Position numbers and translations under genes: made by a program. Under the pieces are notes generated by a model that saw only the letters and a list, made by a program, of their open reading frames with translations, was not told the origin of the DNA and did not search any database. This document shows, piece after piece, positions 55,763-64,000 of a stretch of DNA of 64,000 nt. The first letter of the stretch is position 1. Every line of letters begins with the position of its first letter. Source of the stretch: an uncultured Candidatus Saccharibacteria bacterium (GTDB lineage Bacteria; Patescibacteriota; Minisyncoccia; Phycocordibacterales; UBA918). The stretch covers positions 7,449 through 71,448 of the forward strand of contig CAZVFY010000003.1 of assembly GCA_964626635.1 (NCBI GenBank), written 5' to 3'.

Positions 55763-56806
55763 ATGCCACTGGTCATCGAAAATAACTACGATTGCGTTTC
55801 GCTGGCGGATCTGGTGCGACTGCGCCAAGCTGGCTACTCGGTGTTGAAGTCACCACATGTCGGTAACCAGCACCCCAGTAACTTGGTCTGTGCTGCGCTG
55901 CGTATCCCGATGGAGATGGTGAGTTTTACGATTGGTACACGCGACTGTAACTTCCATCCGCACGCTCGGATTGAGGGTGGTGTTGCCAGAGCGCTCTACC
56001 CCGCTGATACGTACACTCCGTTTGGTGTACTCCCGTGCGGTACTGCCGCGACGGAGTATCACCAGGCGGCTGTGCGCCGCGTGTTCCCACATACCGAAGT
56101 CATGACGGATATGGAACGGATGCAGCAGTATCCGGCGCTCGCCGCCACTGTTTTGCGGGCGACCAACCGCGTGGTGCGCGGACTGTGGTATCGGCGTGTG
56201 AGCGCTATCGGCAAAGTCAGCAAGCGCACCTTGCGCGAGCTTGGTCCAGAGCACATGGAAACGGAAGTGTTCCAGTTCTCGAACGATCGCTTTGGTTGGG
56301 TAGTACCCAACCGCGTACACATAGTGTTCGATCTGGTGTACCAAGCACTGTCGTCCGGCCGCGATGTGATTTACCACCTCTCGGGGCCACAGATGGTGCA
56401 CTACGTCGACGGTATCACGGCTGAATTGTCACTCATGTACGATGCGGTGCGGGCCAATATCCCGCAATTGCCGCTTGTATTGCGGGCAAAGGTCGTGCCG
56501 GTGGCAAGTGCGCGGCTGGTGACACATCAGAGTAACGCTGGTGCGCTCGCTGACGTAAATGAGCTCTTGGAGCGGTTTGGTGCGAGCGGGTTGTCGCCAG
56601 GGTTGGTGGCAGATGTGCAACAGGCCTTGCCGGAGCTGACTGTCCCGATCGAACGCGGGACGTTCCTGTCACAGTACGACCTGTCGAGCGCCGACGATCT
56701 CTACTTGGCGCCATGGATGCTCGAAGCGCCGCTTTCGGCAGTGACGGCACTCCACCAGCGGCTCTCTACGGTGACTGCGACCGCGCCACCTCTTCCCGTA
56801 CCGTAA
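55763..56806 (+). CDS. Hypothetical 347-aa protein in a ~61% GC island
   Basis: GGAGG RBS 5 nt before ATG 55763. Composition foreign to the flanks. No motif recognised. Confidence 0.5.
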   Translation: MPLVIENNYDCVSLADLVRLRQAGYSVLKSPHVGNQHPSNLVCAALRIPMEMVSFTIGTRDCNFHPHARIEGGVARALYPADTYTPFGVLPCGTAATEYHQAAVRRVFPHTEVMTDMERMQQYPALAATVLRATNRVVRGLWYRRVSAIGKVSKRTLRELGPEHMETEVFQFSNDRFGWVVPNRVHIVFDLVYQALSSGRDVIYHLSGPQMVHYVDGITAELSLMYDAVRANIPQLPLVLRAKVVPVASARLVTHQSNAGALADVNELLERFGASGLSPGLVADVQQALPELTVPIERGTFLSQYDLSSADDLYLAPWMLEAPLSAVTALHQRLSTVTATAPPLPVP

Positions 56807-56894
56807 CTAGGTACCGCGACTAGCGCGCGTACATATATATGTGCGCTAGTCTTTCTATATTAAACGTATGTCCCTATAATCTTGTCTACACTAT

Positions 56895-57830
56895 ATGAAA
56901 CTCTACGACCTACACCAAGACCTGATGACGCACCTGCGCTTTCGCGAGCGACTGCAGCAAACGCAGCAAACCGACTGGGATATGCTCGAGGGCAGCGAAA
57001 CGGATTTACTTATTGCCACCGCATTTCCGTTCCCGGACAACGACGATCAGTTGGATCTAGTGGTAGCTGAGTTGATCACCGAAGAGCTTGAGCTGTACCG
57101 CCAGTACGTTGCCAGTTCAGATGCGTGGCAATTGGTAACACGGGCGAGTGACCTCGACTCTAGTCAGAAAAAGCTACTGCTGCATATCGAAGGCCTCAAT
57201 GTGTTCGATGGTATCGAGAATTCCTGGACGCAGTTGCGTCAGTGGGTCGAGCTCGGGGTGCGATCAGTCGGGACGCACTGGAATATTGATAATCAACTCG
57301 GTGGTGGCACCCTCTCCCCCGAGCGACCGCTGACAGATCTGGGTCGCGAGGTGATCCAGTTTCTGGAATCAAACCACATCTTGTTCGACATGGCGCACAT
57401 GGGACGAGCGAGTTTTTGGGACGCAGCGGCAGTTACATCGCGACCACTATATGTCAGTCACGGCAACACCAACGCAGTCTGTGGCAACGTCCGTAACTAT
57501 ACAGACGAACAACTCCGCACCATCGCCGAGACTGACGGCGTTATTGGCGTCTTTTTTGCCGGGACGTTTGTGGCGGGTAAAAGTCGCCCGAGTACGATCG
57601 CTGACGTGGTGGCGCACATCAACCACCTCAAGCAACTCATCGGCACCCGTCACATCGCGATCGGCAGTGACTGGGGTGGCATCGTCAGTGGAGGTGTCAC
57701 CGGACTCGAGCGCGTGGATCAGATCGATAATTTGTTCGCTGCACTGCGTGCGATCGGCTACACCGAAGAAGAGTTGGAGCAAATCGCGTGGCGCAATGCG
57801 GAACGGGTGTTGCGAGCGCATCTCCGTTAA
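56895..57830 (+). CDS. Membrane dipeptidase (peptidase M19 family)
   Basis: LYDLHQDLM (like DGHNDL), FDMAHMG ... VSHGN (like DLSH..SHS), GSDWGG (like GSDFDG). Confidence 0.6.
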   Translation: MKLYDLHQDLMTHLRFRERLQQTQQTDWDMLEGSETDLLIATAFPFPDNDDQLDLVVAELITEELELYRQYVASSDAWQLVTRASDLDSSQKKLLLHIEGLNVFDGIENSWTQLRQWVELGVRSVGTHWNIDNQLGGGTLSPERPLTDLGREVIQFLESNHILFDMAHMGRASFWDAAAVTSRPLYVSHGNTNAVCGNVRNYTDEQLRTIAETDGVIGVFFAGTFVAGKSRPSTIADVVAHINHLKQLIGTRHIAIGSDWGGIVSGGVTGLERVDQIDNLFAALRAIGYTEEELEQIAWRNAERVLRAHLR

Positions 57831-57905
57831 ATATTTGGAGACTGCACTGAGGTGCAGGATAGAGACTGTCACAAATATTGCAATATTATATATTTGTGAC
57901 ATAGT

Positions 57906-58616
57906 ATGAGAGTCTTCGCCACACGGTGTGGTCCGGACAGTTCTTCAACACAGTTAGGAGTATGCGACATGGCGTCGTCTGCCTATGACACACAAACTGC
58001 AGAGCTTCTCGTCCAAATCGCGAGAAATATACCTCGGGATATTCCGTCCTCTATCATGCAGGGCTGGATCGAAAACCCGCGCACATTGCAGAGAGTACTG
58101 CGAGAAGCGCTTTTACCACCTGAGCGCGAATTCATGTTTTCAGCATGGAAAACGGTGAAGGTGGGACTGCTGGAGAGTGTCAACCATGCCCTTACCCAGC
58201 TGAAAGCAATGGGTGTAGAGGTGCTCGATCCCGAAGATGAGATCTTCAAGAGCATGTCGCTCGAGACACAGGAACGCGAGCTCGATCTAGTTCGTATCCC
58301 GCTGACAGCTCTTAGTTTGCCTGAAGGCTACCATTCAGTTGCGGACATTCATGCCGCAGCATTGAAGCGGGGTTTGGAACCTTGCCCCGCAGAAGTCGGT
58401 CTGGTGCTTTGGTTGCAATATCCAGCTGTACTGAAGCCGGGTGATAATGCGACCATTGCAATGGAGCCGGTAGTTGGCTTTAGTGGCATGTGTGGGGGTT
58501 TTACTCTCGACAACGATAGCGGTGTTCGGCTGCTTGTGCTTGGCGAACGCCATCCTGACGATGAGCGACAGTCTTCAGAAATGGAGCGCTGGATCTTCGT
58601 CCGTCCCCGCACCTGA
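57906..58616 (+). CDS. Hypothetical protein (236 aa)
   Basis: Intact ORF followed by tandem hairpin terminators. Confidence 0.45.
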   Translation: MRVFATRCGPDSSSTQLGVCDMASSAYDTQTAELLVQIARNIPRDIPSSIMQGWIENPRTLQRVLREALLPPEREFMFSAWKTVKVGLLESVNHALTQLKAMGVEVLDPEDEIFKSMSLETQERELDLVRIPLTALSLPEGYHSVADIHAAALKRGLEPCPAEVGLVLWLQYPAVLKPGDNATIAMEPVVGFSGMCGGFTLDNDSGVRLLVLGERHPDDERQSSEMERWIFVRPRT

Positions 58617-58651
58617 ACAGTTCCTCAGTCACCCACCCCGGTGACCTCGCC

Positions 58652-58745
58652 CCCGGCGCGCATGCGTGCCGGGGGTTTTTTTAACCGCATCTATAATTCA
58701 TCAACAAAAGAAAAAACCCGGCGCATGCGCCGGGTTTTGTTGCTG
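58652..58745. terminator. Two tandem hairpins between convergent genes: CCCCCGGCGCGCATGCGTGCCGGGGG and AAAAAACCCGGCGCATGCGCCGGGTTTT
   Basis: First stem is identical to the 54292 terminator. Second is a related palindrome, bidirectional for the downstream minus-strand GNAT. Confidence 0.65.
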
Positions 58746-58758
58746 TGCAGTCTTGTTT

Positions 58759-59343
58759 TCAAAGACCTTTCTTGTACTCTTCCCATAACGGTAACCAGTC
58801 ATCTCGGAATACCGCTAGCATGATGTCGTCATGACGTTCACCATGACGGAACCATTGCGATCGCTTGCGACCCTCTTCAACGTAGCCGCACTTGCGACTG
58901 TACGCTGCCGAGCGACCATTGAACGCGATCACACTCGAACAGACTTTGTGCAGCCCGAGCTGATTGAACGCATAGTCAAGAAGAAGCATTTTGGCATCGG
59001 TGCCGTAGCCGTGGTTCTGGTGTTCCGGGCGGAAGATGACCGAGCCGGTCGTAGCCACCCGATTGATGAGGTCAATCTGATGCAACCCCATTGTGCCGAT
59101 CAGTGTGCCGTCTGGCAGACAGATCGCAATAGTATGATCAGTGGCGCTCGGCGTTTGCTTAGAGCGGATCCACTCCTCCTCAAAGCCAAGGCCTTTTGGT
59201 CCGTGCGACGCGAGGTACTGATTGACCAATGGATCGTTGATGCCGCGATAGATGGTCGGTGCGTCGCTCATTTCGAGGGGACGCAGAATGACCAGTTTTC
59301 CGCGACGCCAGACGATTGGACCGTTCGTGGTGTCTTGGGTCAT
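58759..59343 (-). CDS. GNAT acetyltransferase, RimJ/RimL-like
   Basis: Acetyl-CoA binding region QNHGYGTDAKMLLLDYAFNQLGLHKV. 194 aa. Confidence 0.7.
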   Translation of the reverse strand: MTQDTTNGPIVWRRGKLVILRPLEMSDAPTIYRGINDPLVNQYLASHGPKGLGFEEEWIRSKQTPSATDHTIAICLPDGTLIGTMGLHQIDLINRVATTGSVIFRPEHQNHGYGTDAKMLLLDYAFNQLGLHKVCSSVIAFNGRSAAYSRKCGYVEEGRKRSQWFRHGERHDDIMLAVFRDDWLPLWEEYKKGL

Positions 59344-59415
59344 TAGATTTACTTTCCTTTATCTTCCAGAATTTGGTGGAGTGATCGGGCGGAAACATTC
59401 CCGCCCGATCAGTGT

Positions 59416-61296
59416 TCAGGCCGCCTGCCCAATCCCTTCTGGCACAAATCCCTGCGCGTCGGCCATCTCCCGAAAGAGCGGCTCGGCGCGGTAGAGTTCG
59501 GCCAGTGAATTGTGCATGGTGACTTGCTCGGTGTCGTTATCACACCGGTGTAGCGGTCGCACAAAGATGACCTCATCAAGATCAGCCACTGTCGACAGAC
59601 GGTGAGCAATCATGATCAGCGTCGTCTTGGGGCCGAGACCCTTTACAAGATGCTGCATTACCTTACTCTCAGACAGCGAATCAAGTGAGGCGGACGGCTC
59701 GTCGGCTTCCAACAAGTAGTCCGGACTTGCACTGAGTGCAATCTTTAGGAAGGTTCGCGCAATCTGAAGACGTTGTTGTTGTCCGCCAGAAAGTTTGAGT
59801 CCCTTGTACCCGATGTCAGTGTGCAGTCCGTTTGAGAAACTCTCTGTTGGCAACCCAGCCTGCTCGAGTGCAGCAACAGCCTTGCTGTCAATTGAAGCTC
59901 GTTCAGTTTTGGGCAGCTCGTGATACGCCACCGGCATATCCTCGAGCGACACACTAAAGAGTAAGTTGTCGAGGATTGTCCCCTCGAACGGTTCACTCTT
60001 TTGCATTACCACGCCAACATGACGCAGTACTGACTTGGTCGACACGTGACGTATGTCTTGCTCGCCAATAAGCACACGACCATTCTCGGGGTCGCTGGCT
60101 CTGGCAAGCAGTGTCATCAGTTGGGATTTACCTGCCCCGCTTAGTCCGACAATACCGACCTTTTTACCTGCTTCGATGTGAAGGTTGACGTTACGTAGTA
60201 CTGGTATCCGCTTTCCGTTATCAATCACGCTGTGATCAACTCCGTCAAACGTCACTGACATTGGGCCCGGCTCGAACGCTGGCCCCTGGTTGTACGAGTA
60301 AGGTACCGGCATCTCAAGCACCCGCCGGTACTTGTCGATACTGGCGAGGTCAAACTGCACTTCCCGCGCCCCGTCAGCGATCACCTGAAACGACTTGAGC
60401 ATCTGCTCGAGCGCAAAGACAATCACTATCAGGGAAGAAAGTGGTAGCTTGTCATCTAGGGTAAGATGTCCCACGTACAGATACACTGGTACTGTGAACG
60501 CGATCCCGCGCAGACGACGGTTAGTTACTGCGCGGGCAAACAGGTGCTGCCATACCTTCTTATCAAGTTGCAGCGCTGGTTGCACTAGGTCGCGAATGGC
60601 TTTTAGCATTTTGTCTTCGACGCCGTTCATTTTGACATGATCAACGTGTTTCCAGACTTCATCCTGAAAACGGTCCCATTTTTTAAAGCCTTTGATGATG
60701 GGCTTCATCTGGACCTGCATTCGCTTGTTCAGTGCAATGGATACTCGCCACTCAATTAAGAGATAGCTGATAACCAGCCCGCCAATCACGGGTGCTGCGA
60801 GAGTCACCATGACGACACCAAACCCGATAATTCCCCATCCTGGTAGGATCGAAAACAGATACATACCAATTAGGTTCCAGATGCGGTTTTTGAGCGCCTC
60901 CACCCCGCTGCCATCGATATCGGCGTTACTACTGGTGAGCCACGACAGTGGCCGCGCCAGGTATTGTTTAGTGATAGCGTACGGAACATGCCAAAAGAAC
61001 GCGCGAAAAAATGGTTCTCTGGCCTGAAAACGCAGCCACCCGACAGCAGCCTCGGTAAGATTGATGAGGGTGTAAATAGCTAATCCAGCTAACGCAACCG
61101 TCTCGGCAGTCACAGTTACACCGTCAATGATCAAGCCAAGCGCATACGGCGTCAGCATCAAGAGCGCTGAGCCAGTCATGGTCAGTGCGAACGTGGTAAT
61201 TGCCAGTCGGCGACTACGTTCGTCGAACGTAGTAAGCCAGACGTAGCGGTAGTTCGGGTTCATTTTATTTCTGAACCACTCTTTGGTAATACGCAT
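59416..61296 (-). CDS. ABC exporter, fused permease plus ATPase
   Basis: 6 TM N-terminal half. Walker A GLSGAGKSQLMTL. Signature LSGGQQQRLQIAR. Walker B LLEADEPSASLD. Confidence 0.8.
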   Translation of the reverse strand: MRITKEWFRNKMNPNYRYVWLTTFDERSRRLAITTFALTMTGSALLMLTPYALGLIIDGVTVTAETVALAGLAIYTLINLTEAAVGWLRFQAREPFFRAFFWHVPYAITKQYLARPLSWLTSSNADIDGSGVEALKNRIWNLIGMYLFSILPGWGIIGFGVVMVTLAAPVIGGLVISYLLIEWRVSIALNKRMQVQMKPIIKGFKKWDRFQDEVWKHVDHVKMNGVEDKMLKAIRDLVQPALQLDKKVWQHLFARAVTNRRLRGIAFTVPVYLYVGHLTLDDKLPLSSLIVIVFALEQMLKSFQVIADGAREVQFDLASIDKYRRVLEMPVPYSYNQGPAFEPGPMSVTFDGVDHSVIDNGKRIPVLRNVNLHIEAGKKVGIVGLSGAGKSQLMTLLARASDPENGRVLIGEQDIRHVSTKSVLRHVGVVMQKSEPFEGTILDNLLFSVSLEDMPVAYHELPKTERASIDSKAVAALEQAGLPTESFSNGLHTDIGYKGLKLSGGQQQRLQIARTFLKIALSASPDYLLEADEPSASLDSLSESKVMQHLVKGLGPKTTLIMIAHRLSTVADLDEVIFVRPLHRCDNDTEQVTMHNSLAELYRAEPLFREMADAQGFVPEGIGQAA

Positions 61297-61788
61297 GAGC
61301 GTCTCCTTCTGGTTGCATGGGTTGTAAAGACCTTACTCCATCCCGCAGAAACGGGTCGAGAGAAAGAACAACAGCGTCGCCTGAAGGCGACGCTGTTTCA
61401 GGTTCACAATATAAAATTTACGAAATCAAAACAGATTGCCTACACGGAATGAGGAATAGAGACGTACACACCATGGGAATGGCTAGTAGTTGACTTGAGA
61501 ATGTGTGGGCAAAATATTGCATCCACGTAAATTATCACACTAATAAGAAAGTGTCAACAGACGGTATGGCCTAAGATAAAAGCGGATTTTAGACCTTGAT
61601 TATGGTGACCACTGATCCGTCATATTGTCAATTGTGAGCCCGGACATGTCCGATACAATAGCTCGCATACCAGTTTTAGGTAGCTACGTTCTGCGCGAAC
61701 GTAGGCAGACAGCACTGATGTACCGGTAGATAAAGGCGACGCGTTCACCCTCAAGCTTATAAAACAGATTACTCAAGACGTTGTTCCC

Positions 61789-62793
61789 TTGCGACCTAGT
61801 CTCAAACAACTGACATACGCCACAGTCACACTCGCCATTGCGGCGATGGTTCTGCCGACATTCGTGACTGCCACCAAGGAACCAGCTGTGGGCAGTCAGC
61901 TACCAATTGAAAATACTACCGTGGCCCAACACGAACTGGCGCAGCTACAGACTATGCCGCTGTTGTCGTACACACCGCCGCGCGCTCGGGGTGGTTCTGA
62001 CATTTCGATTGATGATACCGCGCTCCTCGCGAATGCCCGCGTCGGCGCCTCAGAAATTGCCCCCAAAGGCAGTAGTGAAATCCGGGTGTACACCGTCCGT
62101 GAGGGAGACACCCTATCACGAGTCGGCGACATGTTTGGCGTGACGAGCAATACTATTTTGTGGGCCAACGACCTGCCTCGCGCCACGCAAATCCGTCCGG
62201 GCGACACCCTCATTATTCTACCGATTGCCGGCGTGCAGCACACTGTTGCTAGTGGCGACACGATCGATGCGATTGCCAAGCAATACAATGGTGACGCTGA
62301 AGAGATTCTCCAGTACAACGAATTAGGCGAAGACGCCGAACTCGCGCTCGGCGATACGTTGATTATTCCCGGCGGAACGGTGCGTAGTGTGCAGGCCCGC
62401 GCAGCCTCGGCCGTGCCAGTGCAAATTAATGGCTCAACCGCCCAAGTATCAGGCGGCCTCGTTCATCCAGTGCCGGGTGCCGTGCGCACCCAAGGACTGC
62501 ACGGCCAGAACGCAATCGATTTTGCGGCTGGTCATGGCGCGACTATCCGAGCAGCTGCCGCTGGCGAAGTTATTGTTTCAAGAAGCTCTGGATGGAACGG
62601 TGGATATGGTCAGTACATTGTGATCAGACACAACAATGGTACCCAAACGCTATATGCTCATTTGTCGAGCAACTACGTTGGTGTCGGCGCGTACGTCGCC
62701 CAGGGTGAAGCCATTGGTGGTATGGGTAACACTGGTCGCTCGACCGGAACGCATTTGCACTTTGAGGTGCGCGGCGGCCGCAACCCATTCTAG
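61789..62793 (+). CDS. LysM-domain M23 family metallopeptidase
   Basis: Two LysM repeats (YTVREGDTLSRVGDMFGV; HTVASGDTIDAIAKQYNG). M23 motifs HGQNAIDF and GNTGRSTGTHLHFEV. Confidence 0.8.
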   Translation: MRPSLKQLTYATVTLAIAAMVLPTFVTATKEPAVGSQLPIENTTVAQHELAQLQTMPLLSYTPPRARGGSDISIDDTALLANARVGASEIAPKGSSEIRVYTVREGDTLSRVGDMFGVTSNTILWANDLPRATQIRPGDTLIILPIAGVQHTVASGDTIDAIAKQYNGDAEEILQYNELGEDAELALGDTLIIPGGTVRSVQARAASAVPVQINGSTAQVSGGLVHPVPGAVRTQGLHGQNAIDFAAGHGATIRAAAAGEVIVSRSSGWNGGYGQYIVIRHNNGTQTLYAHLSSNYVGVGAYVAQGEAIGGMGNTGRSTGTHLHFEVRGGRNPF

Positions 62794-62855
62794 TAGCGTA
62801 CTTACTTCGGGCCAGTACGTTTGCCCCCCCCTTAATATCTCTTGCGTACCGAGAC

Positions 62856-63506
62856 TTACCCCCAATTAGCATTCTCTTCGACCGCTTCTTCTAGTGTGTC
62901 CTCGCCAAGCGGAATGGATTGTTGTGACCTGTGCGGATGCCTCGCCCGGCGCAATACATACAGTCCCCCGATTGCACCAATCAGTGATCCGGCAACTTCT
63001 AATTGTAAATCGTGCATGGTGTCGGCCAGACTCGGTTGCATATTGCTCCCAAACAGCGCATCAATATAAAATTCGATTATTTCCCATAGTACCCCCACTG
63101 TTACTGCGGCAAAGAACGCAAACAAAACAATTAATATAGTTGGTTCCTTAATATGGCGTTTGCGAGCAACTATCACGAGCGGAACCACCGCAAAAAATCC
63201 AACCAGTACCGCCGAGCCAAAATGCAGTACAGAATCAAACCAATAAAAACGTTCATAAAAATTAGCGTACTCACCGAACCCAATCGCGATTGCCGTAAAA
63301 AACAGCAACAGTATAACGATACTGATCGGTACGTGGAGTCGCACGTACCTTTTTAGTATGACCGGCAAGAGAGTAATTCCGGCCAACAACATGACAAATA
63401 GTGCGATCCTGCCCATACCCATTAGCGCAGCAATACTAGCAATAGCCACCATAACGGCGGCTACTACTAACAAGCTCAGCTGTTGTCTGCGATGCTTGCG
63501 ACTCAT
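62856..63506 (-). CDS. Polytopic membrane protein (216 aa)
   Basis: 5-6 TM. No motif. Confidence 0.5.
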   Translation of the reverse strand: MSRKHRRQQLSLLVVAAVMVAIASIAALMGMGRIALFVMLLAGITLLPVILKRYVRLHVPISIVILLLFFTAIAIGFGEYANFYERFYWFDSVLHFGSAVLVGFFAVVPLVIVARKRHIKEPTILIVLFAFFAAVTVGVLWEIIEFYIDALFGSNMQPSLADTMHDLQLEVAGSLIGAIGGLYVLRRARHPHRSQQSIPLGEDTLEEAVEENANWG

Positions 63507-63931
63507 TACAGATTATCTTCAATAATCTCGATGTGATGCGCCTCAAAATCGTTTATTATAGCCGTGGCCTCAGAAGCGTCATCACCTGTTGCAACGCTGA
63601 CTAGTACCGCACCGGCACTGATAGCCTCTTCGTATTCACGAGCGCGCGGTTCGGAAATCCCTAGATTGGTAAGGGCCCCGATCAATCCGCCGGCCGCTGC
63701 TCCCACTACCCCGCCGGCGACTACTGTACCAGCGGCACCGGTAATACCGAGGGCTGTAAGGATCGGTCCAGCTGATACAACGGCTCCAATCGGGCCGAGC
63801 ACTCCTAAAGATGCAACTAGTCCAAGTGCTGCACCGATCACCCCACCAGTCGTTGCGCCCGAGGCAGCGCCTTCGGTAACGGTATCATCGGCGACCGTGG
63901 TAGCGTCACCGGCTACTTTCTCACCATCCAC
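63506..63931 (-). CDS. Glycine-zipper membrane protein with a C-terminal DUF1269/general-stress-17M-like domain
   Basis: GxxxG-rich TM region, then REYEEAISAGAVLVSV ... FEAHHIEII. Confidence 0.4.
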   Translation of the reverse strand: MDGEKVAGDATTVADDTVTEGAASGATTGGVIGAALGLVASLGVLGPIGAVVSAGPILTALGITGAAGTVVAGGVVGAAAGGLIGALTNLGISEPRAREYEEAISAGAVLVSVATGDDASEATAIINDFEAHHIEIIEDNL

Positions 63932-64000
63932 GTTACGGTAGACATAGGAAATGTCATCCTTGTCTATGCGTAGTTGCTGATGCAGTTGGTTAATGGCTTG

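Noticed and set aside
61400-61788. c-di-AMP (ydaO-type) riboswitch upstream of the LysM-M23 peptidase gene
   Set aside because: The genomic context is typical for ydaO. However the conserved paired ACGGGGA/GGGUGAAUC-type elements are not present on the coding strand. Only a weak GGGTGAACG match exists, and it is on the opposite strand.

Overview
The window looks like a small, roughly 48% GC, Gram-positive-like genome, most likely a Saccharibacteria/Patescibacteria-type CPR organism. That call rests on reduced core genes, giant surface proteins, a lone PilB ATPase and a T4SS-like cluster. It spans the chromosomal replication origin, with rpmH-rnpA-yidC on the + strand and dnaA-dnaN on the - strand. 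DnaA boxes lie on both sides of dnaA. Core genes are: rpsT, ruvA, murE, lnt, a SpoU-type RNA methyltransferase, tRNA-Lys(UUU), holA-like, polA, tsaE, pilB, ruvB-yebC-ruvC, tyrS, a class A PBP, a DUF721-like protein, dnaN, dnaA, rsmA, pcrA/uvrD, an M19 dipeptidase, a RimJ/RimL-like GNAT, an ABC exporter and a LysM-M23 peptidase. rpmH (49 aa, 38105..38254) is missing from the ORF track. Three parts of the window stand out. (1) The first ~12.8 kb is an accessory island. It has an AT-rich mobile/phage-like module with two adjacent beta-class DNA methyltransferases (one fused to a ParB-like domain) and no recognisable endonuclease. It also has a cassette-like array of small accessory genes (ParB/Srx-like, ElaA-like GNAT, secreted and membrane proteins, unknowns). 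These gene modules are bracketed by two families of conserved intergenic repeats. Family A is an imperfect 18-20 bp hairpin ending in GGTTAGGGAGTGGG..CTCGAACTT. Family B is a ~60 nt element following each GC-rich terminator and containing GGTTCTAAC. A composite B+A junction is reminiscent of an integron attC site, but no integrase is in view. (2) A ~11.5 kb minus-strand operon between yidC and rsmA is a type IV secretion-like cluster. It has a VirB4-like ATPase, a PrgI/VirB3-like protein, a TrbL/VirB6-like 842-aa protein with an in-gene 57-bp tandem repeat, a pilin-like protein and several secreted or anchored proteins. It has no relaxase, coupling protein or VirB11. (3) Two isolated ~60-62% GC genes (6012..6500 and 55763..56806) look horizontally acquired, possibly from a high-GC host. 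The second is preceded by a strong promoter, a 25-codon ORF and a terminator, which could be an sRNA or leader unit. Other observations: a 6TM voltage-gated ion channel interrupted by a single frameshift; a closed ~125-nt structured RNA candidate upstream of ruvB; an 88-aa hyper-acidic protein after ruvC; and a reused terminator hairpin at two loci. Nothing here was checked against databases. All functional calls come from motifs read directly in the translations.
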